Below are positions 1-9,589 of a stretch of 64,000 bases of DNA, in pieces. The stretch is from an uncultured Gammaproteobacteria bacterium (lineage in GTDB: Bacteria; Patescibacteriota; Patescibacteriia; UBA1558; GWA2-36-10). The first letter of the stretch is position 1. The number at the start of each line of letters is the position of its first letter. The translations under genes were made by a program, and so were the position numbers. The notes beneath the pieces were generated by a model, which saw only the letters and a list, made by a program, of their open reading frames with translations, had not been told where the DNA came from and did not search any database. The stretch covers positions 53,706-117,705 of the forward strand of contig CAZWYP010000001.1 in NCBI GenBank assembly GCA_964638415.1, in the 5' to 3' direction.

Positions 1-370
1 TTACCAAACAAACAACACCTCTTAAATACTGCTTTATTATTTATTATTAGTGCTAATATTAAATAATATATAGTGTCGTAAAATAATTAAATTAGCTTAG
101 ACAATAATCCTTTACTTGCCTCTAGATAATAGAGTACGCCGAAAATTATCAAAATTACTAATAATAATCCCAGGGAACTGTAAATATCTTTTTTTAAATG
201 CTCGTTTTGATTCATATTCTTATTTTTAATTACCCAATCATTCTAATACAGCTTAACTAAAATGTCTATAAAAAAGGCTTTTTTGCTGTTTTTTTAAGCT
301 TTTTTTATTTTGACTTTTTCCCTTCTTTGCCTTAAGATATAGTGGCTTATAATTTATCTAAATTAAATTT

Positions 371-820
371 ATGTTCAACAAAAATCAACCAGCTGTTCAT
401 GTTAAAAGCATTGAAACCATCATTGGCCCGTCGGTTAAAGTTGAGGGGGATTTTCGCGGCGAAGGCGATTTGGTGGTTGAGGGTATTTTAATTGGTAACT
501 TGGAGACAAAAAACAACCTAAAAATTGGACAAAATGCCGTAGTTCAAGCTGAGGTTAAGGCTAACAACGCCTTCATTTCTGGTAAGGTTAAGGGTAATGT
601 TTCTATTAAAGGAAAAATTGAGGTGGCTAGCACGGCTGTTGTTTTAGGGGATATTAAGGCCCAAATTATCTCTGTGGAAAGCGGAGCTTTAATTCAAGGT
701 AAAATAACCATGCCGGTTAGAGAAATTAAAGTTGAAGAGGGTTTTGGTAAAAAGTCCGGCTTGGAAGAAGGTGGAAATGATAAAACCGTTCTAGAAGAAA
801 AATTAAAGCCGGCAGCTTAA
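371..820 (+). CDS. bactofilin family cytoskeletal protein
   Basis: 149 aa. Repetitive beta-strand-like V/G/K-rich core (GDLVVEGILIGNLETKNNLKIGQNAVVQAEVKA...) typical of the bactofilin DUF583 domain. AT-rich upstream region. Confidence 0.7.
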   Translation: MFNKNQPAVHVKSIETIIGPSVKVEGDFRGEGDLVVEGILIGNLETKNNLKIGQNAVVQAEVKANNAFISGKVKGNVSIKGKIEVASTAVVLGDIKAQIISVESGALIQGKITMPVREIKVEEGFGKKSGLEEGGNDKTVLEEKLKPAA

Positions 821-824
821 TTGT

Positions 825-1577
825 TTGTTTTGTATGTATCTTTATATTTACGATTCTTTTTTAAATGATAAAAAATACAGCGACCTGCTAATTGCCATTG
901 AAAAACGTATCACTGATTTAGGAATCAAGGGCAAGGTCGCTCGTTTGTCGGTATTAAAAAACATGAAAGAGTTAATTACCGACGGTGTTAAAGATGGCGT
1001 GCAAACTGTCGTTGCTATCGGTAATAACCAAACTTTTGCCAAGGTAATTAATATTGTTGCTGATCTTAATGTAACTCTGGGTTTAATCCCGGTTGACAAC
1101 AAAAGCACCCTAGCAAAAATCCTAGGTGTCCCGCCGGGAGTATTAGCTTGTGAGGTGTTGGCCTCTCGCATTGTCAAAAAAATAGATTTAGGCAAAATTA
1201 ATAACAATTATTTTATTACCGGCGCGGAAGTGGTTAATGGAGATGTAATTATTGAATATGATGATTTTAAAATAACTCCTGTAGCAGAGGATAGTAGGAT
1301 TAATCTTTACAACTTTGCCAGTGATCCACAGTTTAATAACTCCAATCCTATTGATGGTATTTTAGAAACCGTAATCACGCCTTTGAAAAAAACTTTATTC
1401 GGTAAAAAAAGCATTACCCAGACAGTTTTGCCGTTTACTAAAATTAAAATGTCGTCTAATTCTGATGAGCAGGTTTCTATTATGATTGACGAACAGATAA
1501 TTATTAAGACGCCAGCAGAAGTTTCAGTGGTTCCGGAAAAACTAAAAGTAATTGTTGGTTCAGAAAGACACTTTTAA
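825..1577 (+). CDS. diacylglycerol/lipid kinase catalytic-domain-like protein, GGDGT motif degenerate
   Basis: The pattern VVAIGNNQTFAKVINIV...LGLIPVDNKST...IDLGKINNNYFITGAEV follows the DAGK_cat/YegS core layout, but the GGDGT box is replaced by IGNNQT. Start may be 825 or 834. Confidence 0.45.
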   Translation: MFCMYLYIYDSFLNDKKYSDLLIAIEKRITDLGIKGKVARLSVLKNMKELITDGVKDGVQTVVAIGNNQTFAKVINIVADLNVTLGLIPVDNKSTLAKILGVPPGVLACEVLASRIVKKIDLGKINNNYFITGAEVVNGDVIIEYDDFKITPVAEDSRINLYNFASDPQFNNSNPIDGILETVITPLKKTLFGKKSITQTVLPFTKIKMSSNSDEQVSIMIDEQIIIKTPAEVSVVPEKLKVIVGSERHF

Positions 1578-1615
1578 AACAAAAAACACTGTCAGTATAA
1601 CAGTGTTTTTTTATT

Positions 1616-2332
1616 TTATTTTTTATCTACCACTTCTATGGTGCTTTTTTTAAAGCCAAAAGTCAGATATTGCTGCAAGATAGTAAACACCGTAGTTAAC
1701 AACCAGTAAAGCGTTAGTCCCGCTGGTAAACTAGCACCAATAATTATAGTGATAACCGGCATAAAATAAACCATTTGCTGACTTAAAGCATTAGCCGCAC
1801 TGTTGCTATTATGTGCTTTGGCCATCATCATTTTTGACTGCCAAAACTGACCCAAACCAGCCAAAATAGCCAGCAATATGCTGCGTTCTGACAAATCAAA
1901 AAAACCAAAAGCAATGGGGTTTAAGGTGCCAGGATTAGCAACAAAACTATAAAGGATATTACCATCAAACTCCGGTCCATTGCGTAATTCGTCAAAGAAA
2001 ACTCGATAAATAGCAAAGAGAATTGGTAGCTGGACTAAGATCGGCAAACAAGATCCAAAGGGATTTATTTTTTTCTCCTTATAAAGCGCCATAGTGGCGG
2101 CTGCCAGTTTCTCTTTTTCATCTTTGTGCTTTTCCTTCAGTGCTTCAATTTCTGGCTGCAGGGTCTGCAAAGCTTTTTGTGATTTAATTGCTCGTTTATT
2201 AAGCGGCCACAAAACAATCCTAATTATTAAGGTAATAAGAATGATGGCTATGCCTAAATCCTGCCAAGCCAGCACGTCATATAGCCAGACTAAAAGGTTG
2301 AAAATTGGTTGGTAAAAAATAGTATAAAACAT
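1616..2332 (-). CDS. yidC: membrane protein insertase YidC (short form)
   Basis: 238 aa multi-TM protein with a conserved YidC/Oxa1 core (LWPLNKRAIKSQ...MALYKEKKINPFGSCLPILVQLPILFAIY). Sits in the conserved yidC-yidD-rnpA-rpmH cluster. Confidence 0.9.
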   Translation of the reverse strand: MFYTIFYQPIFNLLVWLYDVLAWQDLGIAIILITLIIRIVLWPLNKRAIKSQKALQTLQPEIEALKEKHKDEKEKLAAATMALYKEKKINPFGSCLPILVQLPILFAIYRVFFDELRNGPEFDGNILYSFVANPGTLNPIAFGFFDLSERSILLAILAGLGQFWQSKMMMAKAHNSNSAANALSQQMVYFMPVITIIIGASLPAGLTLYWLLTTVFTILQQYLTFGFKKSTIEVVDKK

Positions 2333-2337
2333 TTTGT

Positions 2338-2601
2338 TTATTTAACCGGATCAGGACCGCCTTTAGACCAAGGGTGGCAGCGCAACAAGCGCCAAATCGC
2401 TTTTATAGTTCCTTTAATGCTCCCGTATTTTTCTATAGCCTGATAAGCATATTCGGAACAGTGTGGTTGAAACTTACAATAGCCTACGGGGTATCTGTCT
2501 TTAAACCAGCCGGTGTCTGGGGAAAGTGTTTTTTGGTAGGCTCTAATTATTTTTAACAGTGTTCGCGTAAAGATTTTATCAATAAAATAAAAAATATCCA
2601 T
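2338..2601 (-). CDS. yidD: membrane protein insertion efficiency factor YidD
   Basis: 87 aa. Contains the YQKTLSP...[19 protein letters not shown] motif characteristic of YidD. Lies between yidC and rnpA. Confidence 0.9.
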   Translation of the reverse strand: MDIFYFIDKIFTRTLLKIIRAYQKTLSPDTGWFKDRYPVGYCKFQPHCSEYAYQAIEKYGSIKGTIKAIWRLLRCHPWSKGGPDPVK

Positions 2602-2602
2602 G

Positions 2603-2947
2603 CTATTTTTTACTGATCATAATCTTGTCTAGAGCAAACTGTAGTTGTTTTTTAATTTCCGGAAAAGTCAGTTTTAAGCTGCTGGGTTTAGCAATAATTA
2701 CCACGTCGTGTTTTTCCGTCAGTTTTTCTAATAGCTCTTTACTAGCGTTTCTTAGCCTTCTCTTTAACTGGTTGCGCTCAACAGCTTTTTTAGAAACCCT
2801 ATTGGAAACAACAAAGGTAATTCTGCTTTTTGGCTCGTTGTTTTTCTTATATCGAAAAACGAATTGGGGCAAAAAAAACGAGCGCCCGGTTGCTAACAAC
2901 CTTTTAATGTCTTGATCTTTATTTAAACGGTTGTTTTTAGGCAGCAT
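2603..2947 (-). CDS. rnpA: ribonuclease P protein component
   Basis: 114 aa basic protein. RnpA signature region ([25 protein letters not shown]) and a position just downstream of rpmH. Confidence 0.9.
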   Translation of the reverse strand: MLPKNNRLNKDQDIKRLLATGRSFFLPQFVFRYKKNNEPKSRITFVVSNRVSKKAVERNQLKRRLRNASKELLEKLTEKHDVVIIAKPSSLKLTFPEIKKQLQFALDKIMISKK

Positions 2948-2952
2948 TATTT

Positions 2953-3093
2953 TTAGACTGCTAACCTCTGGCGTTTTTTAAGGCGGCGGCGAGCCAACAC
3001 TTTTCGTCCATTTTTAGAGGACATGCGCGAACGAAAGCCGTGCGCTCTGGCCCTTTTTCTCTTTTTTGGTTGATAGGTTCTTTTGGTAGCCAT
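2953..3093 (-). CDS. rpmH: 50S ribosomal protein L34
   Basis: Not in the ORF track because it is under 60 aa. Manual reverse-strand translation gives [46 protein letters not shown] (46 aa), a canonical L34. The gene ends 5 nt before the rnpA start. Confidence 0.9.
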   Translation of the reverse strand: MATKRTYQPKKRKRARAHGFRSRMSSKNGRKVLARRRLKKRQRLAV

Positions 3094-3300
3094 TTTTTTA
3101 TTAATTATTCATAAAAATAACTGCTTTAAGATAGCATGTTTTTGGTTTTTTGACAACCATTTACAATTTTAGCAAAAAACATCAAAATTAACACACTTTA
3201 TACACAATTTGTTAACTTGTTAGCTGTTTTGATAAAAAGGTATTTATGCTATTATTTTATTATATTATTTTTATATAAAATAGGGTTTTTCTAAAAAAAT
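3094..3300. promoter_or_regulatory. putative oriC / dnaA promoter region, AT-rich, with one DnaA-box-like 9-mer
   Basis: 207-bp AT-rich spacer between divergent rpmH (-) and dnaA (+). TTATACACA (fits TTATNCACA) lies at 3198..3206. The classical rpmH|dnaA-dnaN origin context coincides with a strand switch. Confidence 0.4.
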
Positions 3301-4674
3301 ATGGGTAATTTTGACAAAATCTGGCAAAGCGTTCTTGGGGAACTAGAGTTGTTAATAAGCCGGGCTAATTTTACAACCTGGTTTAAAAACACCCTCATTG
3401 TAGAACAAAATGATCAACAGGTGGTGATTGGAGTACCTAATGCCTTTACTAAGGTTTGGTTGGAAAAGAAGTATAACAAACAAATTAAGCAGGCCTTAGA
3501 AAACGTTCTGTCTAAAACTAATCTACAAGTTATCTACAGGGTAATAAACTCGAATAGTGTTGCTAATATTAGCCAAAACATAGAATCTCCTGTTCTTGAA
3601 AAAAAGGCGGTTGTGGATAAAGAAAACAACGAAAAGTTGGCTAATAATAGCAAATTTGGTCTTAATCCCAAATATACATTTAATAGCTTTATTGTGGGGG
3701 CTGGTAATGAGCTGGCCCAGGCGGCTGCCCAGGCGGCTGCTAAAAAGCCCGGGGAGCTTTATAATCCACTATTTATATATGGTGGGGTGGGGTTAGGAAA
3801 AACCCACCTTGTTCAAGCGGTTGGTAATTATATTTTGGCTAAAGATAGCACAAAAAAGGTTTTATATATTAATAGTGAAAAGTTTACCAACGACTTCATT
3901 TTTGCTATAAAAAATGGAAAAACCGACCATTTTAAACAGGTTTATCGAGAGGTTGATGTCCTTTTAATTGATGATATCCAGTTTATTGCTGGAAAAGAGC
4001 AGACTCAAGAGGAGTTTTTTCACACTTTTAACGCCTTACATCAAAACAATAAACAAATTGTTCTCTCTTCAGATCGGCCACCAAAAGCAATTTCAGGGGT
4101 GGAAAGCCGCCTTATTTCCCGTTTTGAGTGGGGAATGATTGCAGACATCTCTTTTCCAGATTTAGAGACCAGAATGGCCATTTTGGAGCTAAAATGCCAA
4201 GAAAAAAACTATTTGTTAGATAAGGAGATAATTGAGTTTATTGCTGAAAACATTCAAGAAAATATTAGGGAGCTAGAAGGGGCCCTTAACCGCCTAATTG
4301 CCTTTCATGAATTAAATAACACTCAACCCAGCATGGAAAGCGTCAAGGCTATTTTGGGTGGTATTTCAACTAATCCGCGGAAAGCTGGTTTAACCACTAA
4401 AAAACTAATAAAAACGATTTTAGACTATTATGATATTTCCGCCGACGATCTTTTAGGATCAAGTAGAAGGAAAGAGTTGGTTGTACCCAGACAAATAACC
4501 ATGTTCTTAATGCGTGAGGAATTAAAAGCCTCCTTCCCTAATATTGGTAATGATTTGGGTGGTCGTGATCACACCACCGCTATGCATGCATGTTTAAAAA
4601 TAGCGCAAGCAATTGAAATTGATGATAAAATAAAAAATGATGTGGCTGTTTTGAGACAAAAGGTTTATGAATAA
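3301..4674 (+). CDS. dnaA: chromosomal replication initiator protein DnaA
   Basis: 457 aa. AAA+ Walker A (GGVGLGKTHL), Walker B (LLIDDIQF) and a C-terminal DnaA-box-binding domain (VVPRQITMFLMREELKASFPNIGNDLGGRDHTTAMHA). Confidence 0.97.
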   Translation: MGNFDKIWQSVLGELELLISRANFTTWFKNTLIVEQNDQQVVIGVPNAFTKVWLEKKYNKQIKQALENVLSKTNLQVIYRVINSNSVANISQNIESPVLEKKAVVDKENNEKLANNSKFGLNPKYTFNSFIVGAGNELAQAAAQAAAKKPGELYNPLFIYGGVGLGKTHLVQAVGNYILAKDSTKKVLYINSEKFTNDFIFAIKNGKTDHFKQVYREVDVLLIDDIQFIAGKEQTQEEFFHTFNALHQNNKQIVLSSDRPPKAISGVESRLISRFEWGMIADISFPDLETRMAILELKCQEKNYLLDKEIIEFIAENIQENIRELEGALNRLIAFHELNNTQPSMESVKAILGGISTNPRKAGLTTKKLIKTILDYYDISADDLLGSSRRKELVVPRQITMFLMREELKASFPNIGNDLGGRDHTTAMHACLKIAQAIEIDDKIKNDVAVLRQKVYE

Positions 4675-4886
4675 CTTGTTAATAAGCTGGTGGGTTGTTG
4701 GTGGTTTTCTAAAAAAACCAAAAACAACAAAAATAAAAGAGCTCTAATTATTAACAGGATATAAAAACAAAACTCCCTGCTTTACCTCCGTTTTACTAAG
4801 CATTTTTGCCTTTTTTCAACTTAACAACATATCAACAGGCCCTACTACTACTGTTTATATAAATAATAAAATCTAATTTTAAGAGT

Positions 4887-5987
4887 ATGAAACTAACCTG
4901 TACGCAAGAAAACTTAAATCAGGGATTAAATATTGTTTCCCATATAGCAAATAAAAACAACAATCTTCCAATCTTAAATAATGTTTTACTAAAAGCAGAT
5001 AAGAATGGACTAACTCTAACCACTACGGACTTGGAAATTGGAATAAAGGCCTTTGTCCGCGGAAAGGTTGAAGAGGAGGGTGAGTTTACGGTGGCCGCCA
5101 AACTATTAAACGATTTTGTTGGACTACTACCCAAAGAAAACATCAACCTCTCCACAAACAACAACACACTATTAATTCAAAGTAGCAACCAACAAACAAG
5201 TATAAAGGGGTTGTTGGCCGAAGACTTCCCCTTAATACCGGAAATTGAAAAAGAAAATGAGCTAAGTATTGATGCTGTTAAGTTTAAACAGGCTCTTAGC
5301 CAAACAGCCTTTGCTGCTTCTCTAGATAGTTCACGAGCAGAGATTAACGCAGTTAACTTTAAGTTTGCTAAAAACGAGTTGGTTTTAGCCTCAACAGACA
5401 GCTATCGGCTAGCAGAAAAAAGGATAAAAATAAACAACAACCAAGAAAAAGAACTAATAATTCCACTAAAAGTAATCCAAGAGCTAGTTAGAGTTTTAAA
5501 TGATCAGGTGGAAAAAACAGTAAAAGTTTGTTTTAACGACAACCAAATAATGTTTTTGTTTGACGGCGTGGAATTAATCTCCCGCGTTGTTGATGGAAAG
5601 TACCCAGACTACCAGCAAATTATCCCAGAAAAGTTTACTAACGCCATTAAAAGTCAAATTAATAAACTTGTTCCAGCAATTAAATCAGCAGCGCTTTTTT
5701 GCAAACCAGGAATTAACGATGTTCGTTTAAAGTTTTCTAATACTAATAAACAAATAATTATTAACGCCGCCTCATCTCAAGCAGGGGAAAGCACAATAAA
5801 GGTTGCTGGAGAAATTGTTGGCGGGGACCTAGAGGTTGTTTTTAACTACCGCTACTTACTGGATGGGTTGAATAATATTACTGGTGATGAAGTGGTTATA
5901 AAAATAAATGACAACAACACCCCCGGCCTACTCCAAGCAAGTAAAGAGGAAGACTACCTTTATTTAATAATGCCAATTCGCCAATAA
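4887..5987 (+). CDS. dnaN: DNA polymerase III beta subunit (sliding clamp)
   Basis: 366 aa. Directly downstream of dnaA, with a three-domain clamp-like sequence (MKLTCTQENLNQGLNIVSHIA...). Confidence 0.93.
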   Translation: MKLTCTQENLNQGLNIVSHIANKNNNLPILNNVLLKADKNGLTLTTTDLEIGIKAFVRGKVEEEGEFTVAAKLLNDFVGLLPKENINLSTNNNTLLIQSSNQQTSIKGLLAEDFPLIPEIEKENELSIDAVKFKQALSQTAFAASLDSSRAEINAVNFKFAKNELVLASTDSYRLAEKRIKINNNQEKELIIPLKVIQELVRVLNDQVEKTVKVCFNDNQIMFLFDGVELISRVVDGKYPDYQQIIPEKFTNAIKSQINKLVPAIKSAALFCKPGINDVRLKFSNTNKQIIINAASSQAGESTIKVAGEIVGGDLEVVFNYRYLLDGLNNITGDEVVIKINDNNTPGLLQASKEEDYLYLIMPIRQ

Positions 5988-5989
5988 AA

Positions 5990-6574
5990 ATGATCGCGTA
6001 TTTATCCGGGAGGGTTTTTAGTAAAAACCCAAAATCAATAATTATACTTAATAACCAACAGGTTGGTTATGAGGTTTTTCTTTCAGCACAAGAGCTGGAA
6101 AAAACACAAACAGACACCGAGGCCTCGTTTTTTATTTTCACCCACGTAAAAGAAGACGCGTTAGACCTCTACGGCTTTAGTGGTAAAGAACAACTAGAGT
6201 TTTTTAAACAACTCCTGTCCGTTTCTGGGGTTGGTCCCAAGAGCGCAATAAACATTATCGGTTTGGCGGATTTAACAGAGCTAAAGAGAGCTATTACCTC
6301 TGGTGACCCTAGTTTATTACAACAAGTTTCCGGTATCGGTAAAAAAACAGCCGAGAGACTGGTGGTGGAACTAAAAGAAAAAATACTAATAGACTTATCA
6401 CAACAGAAAATAACCTCTCCCGAAAACGATCAGGTGGTGGAGGCCTTAGTCTCTTTGGGATACAAAGAAAAAGAGGCTAGAGAAATAATAAAAAACATCA
6501 GAACCGAAGGAGATTTGGGGGCCAAGGTTAAAGAGGCTTTAAATTTAATAAATCAAAGAAGCCATGTTAGTTAG
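5990..6574 (+). CDS. ruvA: Holliday junction DNA helicase RuvA
   Basis: 194 aa. N-terminal OB domain, then an HhH region (LLSVSGVGPKSAINII...VSGIGKKTAERLVVELK) and a C-terminal domain III. Confidence 0.9.
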   Translation: MIAYLSGRVFSKNPKSIIILNNQQVGYEVFLSAQELEKTQTDTEASFFIFTHVKEDALDLYGFSGKEQLEFFKQLLSVSGVGPKSAINIIGLADLTELKRAITSGDPSLLQQVSGIGKKTAERLVVELKEKILIDLSQQKITSPENDQVVEALVSLGYKEKEAREIIKNIRTEGDLGAKVKEALNLINQRSHVS

Positions 6575-7580
6575 TAGAGACATAAAAAACTATGATGAAT
6601 TAATAAAACAAAGGGTTGTCCCGGGGGTTTTTTTACAAAGTACCTTTTGGCGATCTTTTTTAGATAAACAAAACAAGCGCTGGTGGCAACTAACAATAAC
6701 AGATAATCTTGACCGCCTTATTGCTGTTTGTTTGCTTTATGAAAATAAACTTTTTTTAGGCAAGAGCTATTTATACAGCCCCAAAGGACCGCTGTGGTTG
6801 GTGGATGATTTAACCACCGGAGAAAAACAAGAGGCCCTAGAGCTAATTTTGTCGCAAATTAGAGATATTACCATTGCTACTCACGAACGGGAAGAGCTTT
6901 TTTGCAAAATAGAAATGGAAAGTGAATTACCAACCCCACCGCAACTAGTAAAAAGCCAGAATGTTCAACCCCCTTGCACCTGGGTTTTAGATTTAGACAA
7001 AGAACCCAAAGAGTTACTGGGAAACATGCACGCTAAAACAAGATATAATATTGCTCTCGCTCAGCGCCAAGGGGTAAGGGTTTTTATTGGTCAACAAAAA
7101 GAAGATATTAAACACTTTTTAAAACTTTTATCGGGAACAGCTAAGCGCCAAGGGGTAAAGTTTCATAGTGCTAGTTATTATAAAAACCTCTGGGAAACAG
7201 CACTAGAGCAGAAGGTTGGTGTACTTTATTTAGCAGAAGCAAAAGGAAAAATAATAGCCGCCAACCTTATTATTGACTTTGGTGAAATTACAACCTATTT
7301 ACATGGAGTTTCTGACTATAAATTTAGAAAAATCATGGCCCCACACCTGCTGCAGTGGCAGGCAATTAAAGACGCAAAAGAAAAAGGAAGAAAGCTTTAT
7401 GATTTTTGGGGGGTTTGTAATGAACAGGGTTTGCCAAAAAACTGGCAAGGCCTAACGAGGTTTAAACAAGGTTTTGGGGGAAGAATGTTGTGTGCGCCCG
7501 GAGCATATAATTATATTTACAACAAACAATGGTATAAAATATATTTACAAACAAAAAACCTATTACGAATTTTCCGTTAA
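6564..7580 (+). CDS. FemAB-family peptidoglycan interpeptide-bridge aminoacyltransferase (FemX-like)
   Basis: 338 aa. FemAB-like core (MHAKTRYNIALAQRQGV...LHGVSDYKFRKIMAPHLLQWQAIKDAKEKGRKLYDFWGV). Overlaps the ruvA stop by 11 nt. Confidence 0.75.
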   Translation: MLVSRDIKNYDELIKQRVVPGVFLQSTFWRSFLDKQNKRWWQLTITDNLDRLIAVCLLYENKLFLGKSYLYSPKGPLWLVDDLTTGEKQEALELILSQIRDITIATHEREELFCKIEMESELPTPPQLVKSQNVQPPCTWVLDLDKEPKELLGNMHAKTRYNIALAQRQGVRVFIGQQKEDIKHFLKLLSGTAKRQGVKFHSASYYKNLWETALEQKVGVLYLAEAKGKIIAANLIIDFGEITTYLHGVSDYKFRKIMAPHLLQWQAIKDAKEKGRKLYDFWGVCNEQGLPKNWQGLTRFKQGFGGRMLCAPGAYNYIYNKQWYKIYLQTKNLLRIFR

Positions 7581-7581
7581 A

Positions 7582-8874
7582 ATGCAAATAAAAGAGAAAA
7601 TAAAAAAAATAATTCCCAAACAATGGTTATCTGGTTACCATCTTGTTTTAGCTAGGGTGGCTGCTTGGTTATATAATAGGCCAAGTGAGAAGCTGGTGGT
7701 AATTGGAGTTACAGGAACCAATGGTAAGACTGCCACCACCAACTTTATTTCCCAATACTTAGAGTGTTTAGGGTTTAAAACCGGATTAGCCTCAACAATT
7801 AATTTTAAGGTAGCTGAAAAAACCTGGTTGAATGATAAAAAAATGACCATGCTCGGCCGCCTGCAGACACAAAAACTCTTAGCGCAAATGGTCAGGGTTG
7901 GTTGCCAATATGCGGTTATTGAAACATCCTCCCAAGGCATAGACCAACACCGCCACAAAGGGATTAATTATGATGTAGTGGTTTTTACCAACCTAACACC
8001 AGAACACATTGAAGCGCATGGCGGATGGGAAAATTACCGAGCAGCCAAGGAAAAGCTATTTTACCACCTAAGCAACTCTTCTAGAAAAAAAATTGGACAA
8101 AAAACAATAGATAAAATAATTATCACCAACGCTGATGACGAAGAAACCAAAAGGCTAAGAGAAATTAAAAGCGATAAAACAATTACTTATGGTTTTGTTA
8201 AACAGGCGGATCTATTCGGCGAAGGATTAAAACAAGAACAAGATAGTGTGGTTTTTTATCTTAATAAACAAAAGATAGAAAACAAGCTTTTTGGTAGATT
8301 TAATGGCTATAACTTATTAGCAGCGTTAGCGACGGCTTCAGCACTTGGCTTAGACTTAAAAAAGGCGGTTAATTGCCAAATTAAAGCCTTGCCAGGTAGA
8401 CAAGAGTGGATAGAGTGTGGCCAGGATTTTCGAGTTATGGTTGATTATGCTCCAGAGCCAGAGTCCTTAAAACAACTCTATCAAAACATTAAGGAGGTAA
8501 GTTATAATAAACTTATTCATGTGCTTGGATCTTGTGGTGGTGGTAGAGACAAGGCGCGCCAACCAATTTTGGGCAAAATGGCGGGTGAAACAGCGGATAT
8601 AATTATTGTGACCAACGAAGATCCTTACGACGACGATCCCCAGGAGATAATCGACAACGTGGCTAGTGGCGCTGTTGCTGCAGGTAAAAGGGAGGGACAA
8701 ACCCTATATAAAATTCTAGACAGAAAAGAAGCAATAAAAAAAGCGCTAGAAATAGCCCAAACTAACGATCTGCTATTAATTACCGGAAAAGGATCTGAAC
8801 AATACATTTGTGTAGCTGACGGCAAAAAAATACCACACGATGACCGGGAGGTTGTTAAAGAGTTTTTAAAATAA
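7582..8874 (+). CDS. Mur ligase family protein (MurE-like UDP-MurNAc-tripeptide synthetase)
   Basis: ATP-binding P-loop (VIGVTGTNGKTATT) and a Mur ligase middle/C-terminal domain (DYAPEPESLKQL...GKGSEQY). Start chosen at ATG 7582 so it does not overlap the FemAB-like gene; the track ORF begins at 7474. Confidence 0.75.
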   Translation: MQIKEKIKKIIPKQWLSGYHLVLARVAAWLYNRPSEKLVVIGVTGTNGKTATTNFISQYLECLGFKTGLASTINFKVAEKTWLNDKKMTMLGRLQTQKLLAQMVRVGCQYAVIETSSQGIDQHRHKGINYDVVVFTNLTPEHIEAHGGWENYRAAKEKLFYHLSNSSRKKIGQKTIDKIIITNADDEETKRLREIKSDKTITYGFVKQADLFGEGLKQEQDSVVFYLNKQKIENKLFGRFNGYNLLAALATASALGLDLKKAVNCQIKALPGRQEWIECGQDFRVMVDYAPEPESLKQLYQNIKEVSYNKLIHVLGSCGGGRDKARQPILGKMAGETADIIIVTNEDPYDDDPQEIIDNVASGAVAAGKREGQTLYKILDRKEAIKKALEIAQTNDLLLITGKGSEQYICVADGKKIPHDDREVVKEFLK

Positions 8875-8876
8875 AA

Positions 8877-9545
8877 ATGAATAAAGGAGGAAAAAATAAA
8901 AAAGGATTTACCCTAATAGAACTCTTGGTGGTAATTGCAATAATTGGCACACTATCTTCAGTGGCAGTGATTAATTTAACAGAATCAAAAAATAAAGGTA
9001 GCGCCGCTAAAATGATTAAGGAAATTAAGCAAGTGGAAACTGGTTTGCGGGTGATGTGGAATGAAGAAGGACGCTGGGCCACACAATGCGATATACAAGC
9101 AGAGTACGGTATAAATGGTTTGTTTTGTGAAGGAGGAGAATATCCTTATGGATCAGGAAGTTGTTCTTTGCCAAACGGTTGTAACCACGATCCAGAGCCA
9201 ACTATTGTTTGGTTTATAGACAACACGGAATTTAGTCAATTTTTTCCACCAGAAACCAGACCACTGTTAGCTAGTTATGAATATGATAATGACAATGATA
9301 GCCATGACATAGGAAGCAATGGTTGCATTCTTGGTAGTAATCCAGGAGACCCAGTTGGCAGCTGTAATATTAGGCCTTATCGCGGCGTTAGTTTATATAT
9401 TCAAGGTATAGATTATCAAGAGGTTATTGATCAAACCATAGATGGTGGAGATGGTGGTTGTTGCGGTAAGTTTCTTTATGAACAAAGTGACTTAGATATG
9501 GGACGGGGAATTTATAAACTAGGAAACAACCCCACGGATTTTTAA
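8877..9545 (+). CDS. type IV pilin-like protein (class III signal peptide) with a Cys-rich globular domain
   Basis: Prepilin motif KKGFTLIELLVVIAIIG follows a short basic leader. The C-terminal region has 10 Cys. RBS-like AAAGGAGG precedes the start. Confidence 0.85.
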   Translation: MNKGGKNKKGFTLIELLVVIAIIGTLSSVAVINLTESKNKGSAAKMIKEIKQVETGLRVMWNEEGRWATQCDIQAEYGINGLFCEGGEYPYGSGSCSLPNGCNHDPEPTIVWFIDNTEFSQFFPPETRPLLASYEYDNDNDSHDIGSNGCILGSNPGDPVGSCNIRPYRGVSLYIQGIDYQEVIDQTIDGGDGGCCGKFLYEQSDLDMGRGIYKLGNNPTDF

Positions 9546-9589
9546 AAAAGAAAAACCCCTCAAGAGAGGAGTTTTCATCAGTCAAAGTC

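Noticed and set aside
4675-4886. DnaA boxes in the dnaA-dnaN spacer
   Set aside because: The best candidates (e.g. ATATCAACA) have two or more mismatches to TTATCCACA, so I could not support calling a box cluster here.
7474-7581. N-terminal 36-codon extension of the Mur ligase ORF
   Set aside because: It overlaps the 3' end of the FemAB-like gene in another frame, and the translation (MGEECCVRPEHIIIF...) is unlike Mur ligase N-termini. ATG 7582 is preferred.
9546-9589. Possible terminator between the type IV pilin gene and the convergent membrane-protein gene
   Set aside because: Only short imperfect stems (CCCTC/GAGGG-like) and no clear U-run on either strand. Not confident enough to call.
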